NCBI RefSeq assembly: GCF_001194135.2
Contig: NC_068985.1
Location: 68,720,006 to 68,755,007, forward strand
Source of the DNA: Octopus bimaculoides
Taxonomy: Eukaryota
DNA length: 35,002 bases
Reading direction: 5' to 3'
A program made the translations under genes and the position numbers. Positions 21,090-33,435 of this stretch are shown here, in pieces. A model generated the notes under the pieces. That model did no database searches and was not told the origin of the DNA. It saw only the letters and a program-made list of their open reading frames with translations. Numbering within the stretch: the stretch's first letter is position 1; every line of letters begins with the position of its first letter.

Positions 21090-24000
21090 AAAACCCTGCG
21101 ACTAGGGATGGGGGTGGGTTGGACCGGTAGAAAACAGTCACCGTATTCTCTGTGTGGCGTAAGTGGCAACTAAAATGAGCAGAAGTGAAAGGACTGGGAA
21201 TCCATTCCTCGTAGTAATCTCATATTCCTAAAAAGACAAGGGCTTAGGAAAATGTTAATACCTAATCTCACCCCAGTACTAGGGTCTTGGAATGTGTGTT
21301 GGTGTAGTACAAGTGAGGTAAAGACGAGAGAGGAGGGAGTGTGTTATTGAGGAGAAGTACGGATGTACTGACACTGAGCGAAACTAAGATGAAGGGTAAG
21401 AAAGAGTACCAGTTTGGTGATGTCAGGTGTGGGAAGGTAGTACTCGTGAGGGAGTGGCATTGCTGGTGAGTGAGCGTGTGAAGGAGAGTGTGGTGGAGTG
21501 GAAGGCGGAATTTTCAAGGTCGATATGGGTCAAGATGGGGTGGGGAGGTGAAATGTGACTGTTTTTTAGTGCATATGGTCCAAGGAGAGGTGTGAGGAAG
21601 AAGTAGAGACGTTCTGGAGGGAACTGAAAGAATGTGCGCATGGCGTGGGGAAAAGTGGTTATGTTATTGTGTTGGGTGATTTGAATGCGGGAGTGGGAAA
21701 TGAGGGAGCAGAAAATGTAGTAAGAAAATATGGAGTTCCTAACTGGAATGAGAGTGGAATTGTTGGTGGGGAATAGTTTTTAAAAAGTGGGAGAAGAATA
21801 AGTTCACATGGTAGGGTTGGAGATAGCAGATAGGACCTTGATGGATTATGTATTAATAGATAAGAGAATGTTAGGAAAGTGGGTGGAAGGGCATGTAAGG
21901 AGATGTGAAGTTGGAGGAATGTCAAATCACTTCTTAGTATAGGATAAATTGAAGGTATGCTCAAAATGGAATGCTAGACGAGTGACAGGGAGGAGAGAAG
22001 TTGTGAGTGTGATTGAACTGGATAGGAGAAAGAGGGAGTAGGAGTATGTAGAGAAACTGAGAGGTAAATATTAACAGGTAAAGAAACGGGAAGTAGATGT
22101 GGAGGATGAATGGGAGGCTGTTAGAGAAGCAGTAACGAAATGTGTCTCTGAGGTATGTGGTACACGCGTGGTTGGAATGGGTGAGGAAAGATAGTGAGTG
22201 GTGGAATGAGCAGGTAAGGGATGCGGTGGCAGAGAAGAAAAGGGCCCTTGAAGAGTGGTTGCAGAAAGGGGATGAAGAGGCTTATGATATCTACAGAGAA
22301 GTGAAGAAGAGAGTAAAGGGAGTGGTGAGGCTGGTGAAATTGGAGGAGAAAAAACGGTTCGGGAAGAAATTAAGTGAACATTTTGTAAGGAATAAATAGA
22401 TGTTTTGGAAAGAAGTACAGAGGGTAAGAAAGGTGGTAGGAGGAAGGGAAGAAAAGGTGAAGGATGTAAATGGAAATTTGTTGAAAGGAAGTGAGGATGT
22501 AAAAAGGAAATGGGCAGAGTATTTTAGAGAGCTGCTAAATGTGGAGGATATTAGGAAGGCAAGTATAGTGTCTGTAGGAGAAGAGAAAAGAATGCCTGTT
22601 GTGTGAGAATAGAACTACGGTGCGATTGAAAAGGAAGAGAAAAGGGAAGCTGGCAAACCCGAAGGCGCCAGGTATGGATGGGTGTCTAAGTGGAATGCCT
22701 AAAGAAAGGAGGAGTGAAAGTGATTAAACGGACAGTGAGGCTTATGAATGTTTGTTATGTGGCTGGAAGAGAACCAAAGGACTAATGCAGTGCCTGTATA
22801 GTGTCACTGTACAAGGGGAAATGGGATAAATGTGAGTGTGCAAATTTTAGGGTTATAAGTGTGTTGTGGGTGGTTGGTAAACTGTATAGGAGAATTCTGA
22901 TTGTGAGGGTGACAAATCAGTCAGAGAGTCTATTAGGGGAGGAGCAGTGCGGTTTTAGGAGTGGAAGGGTGTATACAGACCAAATATTTGTAGTAAGGCA
23001 GATGTGTGAGAAGTTTTTGGCAAAAAGGAGGGAGTTGCATTGGGCCATTATGGACCTAAGAACGCATATGACCGTGTGGATAGGGATGCAATGTGGCAGA
23101 TGTTATGGTTGTATGGAATAGACGGTAGATTGTCATGAGCGGTGCCGAGTTTTTATAGAGAAAGTAGGGCGTGCGTTAGGGTGCGCGGTGAAGTAAGTGA
23201 GTGGGTTGATGTGAAGGTGGGAGTAGACAGGGTTGAGTGATGCCTCTGTTGCTGTTTAATTTATACATTGATGGTGTGGTGAGAGAGGCAAATGCTAGAA
23301 CCTTTGGTAGGGGAGTCCAAATGTTGGGCGAACATGGAGAGAAATGGTAGGTAAGTCAGTTGTTGTTTGCTGATGATACATCACTGGTGGCGGATTCGGA
23401 AGAGCAACTGAGGAGACTGGTGGTAGAGTTTGGGAGAGTGTGTGAGAGGATGAAATTGAAAGTAAATATAGCTAAGAGTAAGATGATTAGATGTTCGAGA
23501 GAAGGAAAGGCTGGTAGGATGGATGTGAGTATAAATGGTGAGATGTTAGAGGAGGTGATTGTTTAAGTATCTAGGATCACATGTGACGGCGGTTGGGAGG
23601 GTGTGGTGGCTGGAGAAGTGGGATATAGAGTGAGGGAGTGGTGTAAGATACTTGGAGTTGTGAAAGGTATGTTGAGAGATAAGTCGAGTATGAAAGCGAA
23701 AAGAGGTGTGCATGAGAGCGTGATTGTGCCGGCAATGTTATGTCGTGCAGGGACGTGGGTGCTGAGAGATCCGCAAAGGAGGCGACTAGATGTATTTGAG
23801 ATGAGATGTTTGAGGGCTATGGTTGGTGTGACGCGGATGAACAGGAGGAAGAATGAGGAGGTGTGATGGCGAACAGGTTTGAGAGAAAAACTAACAATCA
23901 CAATGAATAGACGATTGTTGAGGTGGTTGGCCACATGGAGAGGATTGTGGAGGAGTGGTAAGGAGGGTGATGAAGGCAGAAGTGGTAGGCAGCAGAACGA

Positions 24001-24363
24001 GAGGCAGACCTCGGTTTGTGTGGATGGATGGAGTGTAGAAAGCTTTGGTGGTTAGAGGTGTTGGAGGTAGAGAGGAAAGAGGGTTTATAAATGATAGCAA
24101 AGCTTGGAGAGTGTTTGTGGACGGATCAGTGAATTTGATGTTGCTCAAAGGGGTACGGAACCAGAATGATGCAGCGGGGGTAAACCAGCATATGCTGTCG
24201 GGCCTCACTGCTGATTTTGGGAGTTGCATTCTGCGCTTTGACCAGAGCATAGAACGGGGCTCGCCTCCTTGAGCTGGGAAATGAATGGAATATTTGGTGT
24301 GTGTCTTGTGGTGTTCACCCCCTCCTAAAAAGATGGGGGATAGCCCTGGATATATAAAAAAAA
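21090..24363 (+). mobile_element. Near-full-length RTE-clade LINE (APE endonuclease plus RT), frameshifted and inactive
   Basis: ATG at 21252 then GSWNV, LSETK (about 21375), LGDLNA (about 21672), DYVL, SNHFLV. RT motifs LYKGK..KCEC.N.R.IS, EEQCGFRSGR, DQIFVVRQMCEK, LFADD (about 23363), KVNIAKSK, KYLGS, FEMRCLR, RGRP. Purine-rich sense strand; A-rich end at 24351-24363. Confidence 0.92.
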
Positions 24364-26659
24364 TATTTAGGAGCTCCTCTTTTTCCTTACGATGATATAG
24401 AGTCTATTGACAACATGTTTGGTTCGTATTTCGTCTAACCTGCCAGAACATGGATGATATAGTGTAATTATTAACATCTATAATTCTTTCACGACCTCAT
24501 CTCATCAAACAAGTATTTTCTTCTTTTGCATAAACTGGTGGTTCATTGATGTTTCCAAACCACCCTGCTCTTAACAACAAATCGCATCCTTGGAGTATTT
24601 TTCTTCTTTCCTTTTACCACCATAAACGAAAATATAGTCAGATTTCACACAACGCAGTGATATCGATGTTAAATGTTCACCAATTGTCATGGTATTTCAA
24701 TAGTCAATGAGTGATTTTTCATGTGAAAACGCAAAGAAGCAATCTTTTGCATTGATGTCTTGTAAAGAAAGTCCTGCAAACATTCTCGGAAATCAGAAAG
24801 CTAAACATGTCATGATTTGTGAGCAACATGCCGAACATATAGGAATGTAGGGGTTGCATGTGCATTAGGTGACTGATATTGCGGAATATCTATTAAGAGA
24901 TCACTGACATGAAATGCAGATACCGAGACATTAGCCTCTTTATATTGCAAGACTGTTAAATAAACTGAAAGAAAACTCATATTACAATAGAGATTCGTTC
25001 TGCAACAGCTACTTAACATAAGTTTGTAAATTCCATCTAAAACCACCTGAAATTCCAATGCATGAGTAGAAATCAGTCAATAATTATTTGCTATGTGTCT
25101 CAAACTGGACTGAAAGAGGACAAACATCCAAGTTCTAGCACTTTTTTGAGGATGTCAATATTCGTTATGGAGAAACGGTTATCAAATGCATTGTACACTC
25201 TATAAACAAGAATAAAATGTTATTGCTAGATAAAATTAGAATATGCTAGCCGAATTTCATATTGAAATTCAATATTTCCAAGTAAATAGTAATCTATAGT
25301 TCTCACTTTTCAGCATAAAAAAAGAAAAACAAAAAAGTAGTTCTTTGCAAAATAAATAAATCGATTTGCTTTTCCATCCGAAATGCACGTAAATAAAAAT
25401 TAACTCTTTATTCAATCACATTAATAGAATCATAAGTTAACAATGTAAATACATGATACAGTCAATCAAAATATCACGAATTTGACAATCATGTATCGAG
25501 GGTATCGCCTTACAATTGAATTAATGCGGTTAATGAATATTTCGAGCGCTACGTCATTCGAAATCATCCCCTTATCATTTCTGGTGCTTAGTTGCTTCTT
25601 TATCAGATTCGCTGTCATTGTTTAAACAAATGAACTACTGTCGATTTCGATGGTGAGTATTCGTGCCTACACATAGAATTAGTGTTACCTGTAACGTACT
25701 CCAGACACTGAAAAACCTCGACAGATTTGAGCAAGCCTGGATATTAAAATTACTGTTACAACCCATCAAACGGGCTTCACCCACTTTCGTGAATTACTCT
25801 GAGCAGTCTATTGCTTGAGCAAGACGTACAAGCGCGAATTGTACAACTTTCTGTCCGTGGTGTAGAATGACTCACTAGTTACCGATTGAGTGATTAACCA
25901 CTTATTCGCCGCAAGTGCATGAAATAATTGATGGGATTTATTTCATTATACCAATTACTTACTCCATTTTAAAACTATAATGTTTAACTCATTTTAGAGA
26001 AATTTCGCAAAATAAACCAATAGTAATCAATTGATTTCCTATGTGTCGACACAAGGTTTGCGTAAATGTCACATCCTGCGCAGAGAAATTGAACTGGAAG
26101 CAAATGATTTCCAAAGCGAAGTTCCTAAACATTAGATCTTACTTTATATTCGTGCATCGATTACAGAAGTCGTAGTAAAACGCAGTAAATAGAAATGACG
26201 CGTGGTCTATTAATTGCAGAACTATGCTTAATTCCTTATGTATCTATTTTCTAAGTTGGATAAACCAGCCTCAAAGGCATATTTTGAGAAGAAACACACC
26301 AACATCCTTGCTAAACGTATTCGAGGAGGTGAATTCAAGAATGGAAACTAAGGAAATATTCGCTAATTAAACAATACTGCCTCTGATCATAGTAGTCGCT
26401 TCAACATGTGTTTCGGTAGTTATTTACAACTAAGTAGATTGGACAAATCCAGTGTTAACTTACATATCTATGGACATCACTGGGAGTGATACGTCAGAAC
26501 ACAACCCATTCAATATACAGTTATTTGTATTCTATACTGTTCACTCAACTAGATATGCATTACCTATTTATGTGCAAATATATATCAGCTAAATATATTG
26601 ATGTATTCAGCGGATAAATAAATATACATACATACATACATACATACATACACAAATAC

Positions 26660-27500
26660 ATACATATACAAACACAGATATGAGAGGTGGGAAAAGTGGG
26701 AGGCTCGACGGGACGAATTCAATGGTAAAGACCAGAAACGATTTACGGACACAGAGTCAATTTCTGTGGGGAGATATTAGGAGTAAAATGTCTCTGCGGA
26801 ACGATCTCCGAAGAAACTAAAACGGCTCAAAATACACTTTTGACGAGTCCGACAACGAGAAAGAGGAGACACAGAGAAAAATAAGTAAAGGTTGGCTGAG
26901 GTGGAATGAAAGATCAAGGCTTACAGGTAAATACGCGGTTATACCAAAACGGAATGCGTCCGAGACTCATTTGGCTATTGACAATGTATGAGATCAATCC
27001 TATTGAGTAGAGTTGACATGGTGGAGAGGGAGGTAAAGAAATCCCACCAAAAGTGGCTAGGTGTTACCCAAGTTTCACTTGAATACACCTTTACATAAGG
27101 TCTGGACAGCTACAATTTCCCCTCTCATCTGCAGTGGACCTGGTGGAGACATTGCAGTTACTCCAGGTGGACCCTACAACTTGGAGGCCAGATATCGACC
27201 CATGGTCTGAAAAGTCCAAACAAATTAATTCAGATCGAGCTTACAGTCCCTTGGGAAGAAGGGTATGGTCAGGATTACAAACCGAAGCGTGCCATGAGAA
27301 ACTCCTGAAGGAATGCAGTGTGAAAGGATGGCATTCATGGCTTTTCCCTGTCGAGGTTGGCTGTAGGAGATTCCCTGCCCAGTTGGTATGGGAGATGCTT
27401 ACAATCATTGGAGTGACAGAAAGTGGAGTGAGCGGAATGGGAGAGGCAGCAGGAAGAGCCGCTTGCTGGTTATGGAGCAAGAGAAAAAAAAGTTAAGCTG
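26660..27500 (+). mobile_element. Hero-type (R2 superfamily) non-LTR retrotransposon fragment: RT C-terminus fused by deletion to the restriction-like endonuclease
   Basis: YQNGMRPRLIWLLTMYEI, KWLGV, LQFPLSS, then TTWRPDI.PWSEKSKQI, ELTVPWEE (by frameshift), GW..WLFPVEVGCR.FP, AA.WLWSKR, the Hero RLE C-terminal signature. Confidence 0.85.
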
Positions 27501-27574
27501 GAAGGCAGAAGGAGATGAGAAGCAGTGATGTGGCCATCTCTGCTGAGTTATACGTAGATGTAACTGTGCAGGCG

Positions 27575-27690
27575 AGTGGACTTAAGCAAAAATAAATAAT
27601 ATGTCTTCCTGAAGCACAAAACCCACTTCTGAGAATCGAACTCATGCCCTTATGATTGTGACCGCTAATGTGCTAACAATTATCATGCTT
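27575..27690 (-). mobile_element. Decayed SINE 5' part
   Basis: TGTCTTCCTGAAGCACAAAACCCACTTCTGAGAATCGAACTCATGCCCTTATGATTG; the reverse strand has the B-box-like GAGTTCGATTCTC. Confidence 0.45.
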
Positions 27691-27809
27691 CGCCACACAT
27701 GTACACACATACATACGCAGGCAGACACTTACACACACATACACATACACTCATACACACACACGCACACACACACGCACACACGCACACACACATGCAA
27801 ACACACATA

Positions 27810-28028
27810 CGGTGGGGGTGCTGAAACATTCTGCACTTCAAGGGTAAATCGATGGGCCTGGTTAGAGGACAAATGTTCCGAGTTCTTTTATAGTGTTTAC
27901 AAAATCTGAAATCCCTCTAACATAAATGTGTCAATCTATGAGTGGAAGAAGTTGAATAAAAATCATAATTAATTGATTCTCCTGTATCTTCCTTTAGCCA
28001 AAGCCAGGAACGTTTAAGCAGCCCCTCG
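27810..28028. mobile_element. Mariner-type MITE (about 219 bp) with TA target duplication
   Basis: Left end TA|CGGTGGGGGTGCTGAAACATTCTGCACTT. Right end read on the reverse strand TA|CGAGGGGCTGCTTAAACGTTCCTGGCTTT. Imperfect TIRs, no coding capacity. Confidence 0.75.
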
Positions 28029-28767
28029 TATGCATGCAAGCGCTTATATATTTACTATGTACTATTGAAGATATATAGAACAAGCAGCTATTCTTTAGCT
28101 CAATAATTTAAGTTATAATTAAAGACCAAATGTGTACAATTCGCTATAGTATGCCGCTGGAACGTTGCAAGGTACAACTAATATTTATTGTAGCTTTTAG
28201 CAAAGATGTACTCTCCTGATAATTCTGACGAAAACTAAATATATGCATCTCATTAACAAAATGCGTTATGAACTTCACAATAATAGGTTTCTTTTCTTTA
28301 ATCAATGCGGGTAAGCAAACTGAAAATAAATTGAATTGTAGTTTCTTATATCTACATATGTATCCTAACATATATCCTGAAAATTAGAACACGTTGAATA
28401 AAAGAGAAGCAATATGTACTTATATAAACATAACAATAGCAAATAAGATATAAAAATTAATGAAAGGAGGTGCTGTGGGGGTGCAAAGTTTGAAATCACA
28501 AATTCCCTAAACTTTCCTCACGCTAATTGTTCCCATCATTATAGGAAATACTTGGGGAGAATGACGAGAGCATAGCACATGAATTAAAATCAAACTAATT
28601 GATAGTAACATGTTTTTCCGTAAATATCCGTAATATCCCCTGTGGCAAAGTTGTTCTTCCATATTTCTGGATGCGACAACAGAAATTCTAGTTTGAAATA
28701 TGCAATACTCAATTTGACACGATCTTTTGTTGCAGAAATTACAAGTGGACATCGACAAATTAGTATA

Positions 28768-29609
28768 CGTGGTTTGATCAATAAATATCCGAACTGTTGT
28801 CACAGTAACGAGGCTAAAGCGCAGAAATTAAAGCCGCTTGTCACAGATTGACCTTGAACTATGGTGTGCATGTGTACTAAACTTTCACGTTGTATCTAAC
28901 TTCCGCTGTTTACAGGAAGGTTTGAAAGGAAGGTGTGTAGCGTGTGATCGTCGTATTAACCATGGCAGAAAGTTGAGCAGAGAATCTGCATTAAGTTTTG
29001 CCAAAAGCTTGGCGATACATACTCAGAAGCCTACGCAAAGATTTCATCGTTCTCAACACAATCAAGGAGATGTTGTAAAACTGAAACCCGAGTGTCTTTT
29101 TGGTTAGCCGAAAGTAGTTTTGGCACAAACTAGTCAGATACGCGTGTCATTTTCAAATCTTCAGTGATAATGGAACGAAATGAACCATAACTAATCTGTG
29201 CATCATCTGATAGCTCACGGGCGGTGACTCGACGATTTCCCCTCACAGCTGCTTGCACATCTGCGATGTTTTTTCTCAGTTCTGGTTGCTGGTCTCGCAG
29301 AACGTTCGTAAATATCGACTTTATTCGATCATCTCGGAAACGTCTGAACCACTTATACACTCATCTTCATACACTTTCTGCAACTTTGTATAGGTTAACT
29401 TTCTTTGTCATGGTCAATGTGACAATCACACACTACACACCTTCCTTCCAAGCATTGCTGTAAACAGCGGAAGTGAACTAGAACGTTAAAATTGAGAGTG
29501 CACACACAACGGATTTAAACGTCAATCTGTGTGTGCCGAGCGGCTTTGTTCTGTGTGCTTTATCTCCATTACTATGCAAACAATGCGGATGCTTAGTGAT
29601 CAGACGTCG
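28768..29609. mobile_element. Mariner derivative made of two inverted 5' ends; partial transposase N-terminus on each strand
   Basis: Ends TA|CGTGGTTTGATCAATAAATATCCG and, on the reverse strand, TA|CGACGTCTGATCACTAAGCATCCG. Plus arm: ATG 28962 then frameshifted KVEQRICIKFCQKLGDTYSEAYAK. Minus arm: ATG 29411, YKWFRRFR, RRVTARELS, ISYGSFRSIITEDLKM, FVPKLLSANQKDTRV..LQHLLDCVENDE. Confidence 0.85.
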
Positions 29610-30292
29610 TATATCTCTGCAGATTTAGCATGATAGGATGCATCCATCTATAAATACATTTACCCATGAATTAATTAGTAAAGCACTTTAACCTGGCAGC
29701 TATTGATAAGAATTTTTATTGACCAATAAGCTGATATTTTGTCCTACACCACTTATACAGCTGCAGTCTGATTCCACATTAGCAATAAATCAAGTTAACA
29801 CAGCAAAAATAATCACAACACAAGCTACAAATTTAGGGTTCCTGTTAGTTCTTTCAGAGAAGCCACATAAGATGTCCATGGATGCGACTAATTAGCACCA
29901 TAAGAGAAGACTTTTAAGAAACAATCTGCATCCTAACATTGCAAAATAAAAACAAGCGAGAAAGGATAATTCAGTTAGGTTAACGAGTGGATGATTAAAT
30001 TTGATCACGAGGTGAAAGAAGAGGAATGGAGAAAATGCATAAATAGAAAGTGAAAGTGAGATTGAATGAGAGAACATGACGAGAAAGGATGTTTAAGCCG
30101 GAAGGAGAGAGAGTTACAACTAATAGACACCGCGAGATGCAGTACACGTATAGATGCATATAAAAACATACACATACACAGAGATAGATAGATTGATAGA
30201 TATATGAATATATTTATACGTACATACGTACACACACACGCAAACATATGTGTATGTATATGTACATATATACATATATATATATATATATA

Positions 30293-30438
30293 NNNNNNNN
30301 NNNNNNNNNNNNNNNNNNNNNNNNNNNNNNNNNNNNNNNNNNNNNNNNNNNNNNNNNNNNNNNNNNNNNNNNNNNNNNNNNNNNNNNNNNNNNNNNNNNN
30401 NNNNNNNNNNNNNNNNNNNNNNNNNNNNNNNNNNNNNN
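30293..30438. other. Assembly gap (N) between (TA)n and (AG)n
   Basis: Run of N. Confidence 1.
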
Positions 30439-30471
<33 letters not shown>

Positions 30472-32354
30472 GAGATTATTATATATACGCACATATGCAC
30501 ATATATAAATGTAAGGATAATATAGGTGATTTACTGTCTGGTTAGTCGGTGTTTCACGCCGAATCATCGATTTATACAAAACCAAAAAGTAGTCCATGCA
30601 TTGAGTTATCACTCTTTTGCTACATTACGAAAGTTGGTTTAAAAGTTCACTGAAAATTATGCTATTATGTGAAATCTTGCATACATTAATTTTAATATTT
30701 CTTATCAATTTCTTTATAGATAAACTGACATCTGACTGTTCAAAGGAGACTTCAAACGTAACTAGTAGCAACTACTATTGAAAAATAACAAAATTTGGTA
30801 TCGTGGTGTTATCGAATTACCTGCGGGAAAGGCGCTAAGCCCCTACAATCGTAATTTGTAGGAGTGCTACGTTCCATTGGTAAGGTTAATCATACACTGA
30901 AAACATCTCCGTCAGCAGCTGTCCATAACGGGACGCCTATGAAGAAATATGCAATAAAGTTTTAGCATCTCCATAGATATCACTACTTTAAGCACATTTG
31001 GTTGGCTTTTTGTTAGTCATGCTTGTCACATAGAGTCCATTTTACGGAGCTTCCTTGTATCGAAAGCGATGCCTGTGTTTTTCATGTACAATGCTGGCTG
31101 TCGCATACACTCCTGTTGACAATATGAATCATGTTAATTTATAACACGTTATGCTTATTTTTACATTACATTTGATAAGACCAGCTATGTGTATGTGTAT
31201 GAGTGACAGGGAAAGAGAGGAGATATATATATAGAGAGAGAGAGAGACGGGAGAAAGAGAGAGGGAGAGTGACAGTGAGTGGTAAAATGGAAACATTTTA
31301 GAAATTACTTCCAAGTGGAAGGCCTAAATAAGATCTCTCTCACTAGATCGAATTTATTTCACTTTTGTGTTGCAATTGCTCCTAATTATGCATTTTCATC
31401 CCAGTGAAGTAGTGTTAAGCATTCTTATAGTCAGAAACACTCTAGTCACATTTCTTTCCGGATCATTTTTTAAAGATCGTAGATCAGTAACTTAGTGTAT
31501 ATTTTGCCCTAATTTCAGTTATTTACTCAAAGCTGTTTGTGGTTTGCGTACACAAGTTATGGAAGTGTTATCAAGACAAAGAGATTCATCAATATATTTC
31601 ATTTGTCAGAAACTCTGTAATACCAGGAGAGATTACGAACTTTAGGGTTATATAATGCAGAGATAACAGAATACCAAGGATTGATTGGTGTTAATAAGGT
31701 TAGCTTATAACAAAACATTAACCAAATTTTCTGGTGAAGTCGAACATTAACTGTAAGAAAATAGATACCATAGGATACATAATGTATTTGTTACAAATAT
31801 TGGAGTTACGAAGCAAATGTTGTTCGCTTTTGTATAAAAACATTGTAGAAATATATGTGTAGTAAATTATTATTGAAAATTGATCTTCGTGAGGATAAAG
31901 AAAATTATTAATATGAAGGAAATGTAATCAATCATTCGGTAATGTGTAATTTGTGCATTCTTAGGATATAAAAATATGAATAAGCATCAAAAAACGACCG
32001 TTGTGTAAAAAGAAATATTTCTTCATCTTTCAACGAAGTAAATAACGGCTTCAGTTTTTGCAAACCTATAGTCGATTAGAGAAAGGTCAGTTTTATACAG
32101 TAAGTAGTAAAATTAACTCTGAGGACGCAGCTGCTGCTCTGAGTCTCAATTCACAATCGTTATGATACACAAGATTGGTAATGATTAGTGATACGTCATA
32201 ATAGATAATCATAGCTAATTCAGCAAGGTAAGGAAATTTTTCAGATGAAAAATATAATCAGAATACACAGAAATGACTATAGATATGCCCAAGTTTCAAG
32301 CATATGACATGCAAAATTCTAGATTCCATTCCTCTCAAATCACGATAAAGATAG

Positions 32355-32423
32355 GGATGATGATAATAATGATGACGATGATGATGATTATGACCATGAT
32401 GATGTTGATGATGATGATGATGA
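32355..32423. repeat. Imperfect (GAT)n microsatellite
   Basis: Direct reading. Confidence 0.9.
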
Positions 32424-32424
32424 A

Positions 32425-32504
32425 CACTGGGATCAATGTAATCGATTTTACCCATTCCCTGAACTTGCTGGCCTTATGCCAAAATTATTATTAGTATTAT
32501 TTTA
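32425..32504 (+). mobile_element. 3' tail of a second-family SINE plus (ATT)n tail
   Basis: CACTGGGATCAATGTAATCGATTTTACCC...TTGCTGGCCTTATGCCAAAATTATTATT is the reverse complement of the 12.7-13.2 kb copies. Confidence 0.6.
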
Positions 32505-33200
32505 TCTCGAGTTTTGTCGGAAATCCTGGAGTCTTGCATTGGTAGCAGGCTTGTTACTTGTAGCCTACTGCACCATACTATCCGTTCTTTTTAACTATCT
32601 GATACTATCCTGATTATTCTGGCCGTGCCAAGGAAGCAAAACATTTGTAACAGCTCTGCTGGGCACTCTATTCTGATTTCCTTTATATTCCTCTTGATGT
32701 ATTCTGAAAATGTCCCCAAGGATCCTAAATAATCGGCACTATCTTCATCGTCTTCATTTCCCATTGCCGGGATATTTCGTGCTCAAAAGGGTTGGATTTG
32801 TCTATTTTTCTCATTCTTTATTGATTATTCGTGGGTGAAAGAGGCACGCAAAATCAGCTATATGTCACATTTGGTGCATCTTTTCCACCACCACTAGATC
32901 GACATCTGTTATGCTCTAGCACCTGATCTGAGGATTTTGAAATCCGTCGATTCTGCCACTGTCTGGGGTTTGTTCTCATACCACGTCTTGCCTTTCTCTA
33001 GTGTCCACTTTTCACAGTGTTATCGTGTCGTCACAACTTGTAGTGATTTTGGGTAAGTCTAGGGCATTCTTTCGTGGTATAGGCAATGAATTCGTCTACT
33101 TTATTACAGATGCGGCGCAGCGGAGACACTTGTTCTTTCTAAGGTTGAACCTCCAGTTCCTGGACAAATCTTGATCTTCCGCTGCCAGTATAGTGCTCTC
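32505..33200 (-). mobile_element. R4/Dong-type non-LTR retrotransposon, 5'-truncated: CCHC region, restriction-like endonuclease and 3' UTR
   Basis: Minus strand: ESTILAAEDQ, KCLRC, ECPRLTQNHYK.RHD, WYENKPQTVAE..FKIL, DLVVVEK, DFAC, EISRQWEMK..KIVPII, GSLGT, FLGTARIIR, stop near 32592. Confidence 0.85.
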
Positions 33201-33228
33201 ATTAATATTATTATTATCATTATTATTA

Positions 33229-33303
<75 letters not shown>

Positions 33304-33308
33304 TCATT

Positions 33309-33348
<40 letters not shown>

Positions 33349-33371
33349 GTAGTAGTAGTAGTAGTAGTAGC

Positions 33372-33435
<64 letters not shown>
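33201..33435. repeat. Compound trinucleotide tract (TAT)n then (AGT)n
   Basis: Direct reading; explains the poly-I/S/L/V ORFs. Confidence 0.97.

Noticed and set aside
30842-30864. CCTACAA-7nt-TTGTAGG hairpin (Helitron-end-like)
   Set aside because: No CTRR terminus at the expected distance; one 7-bp stem is expected by chance.
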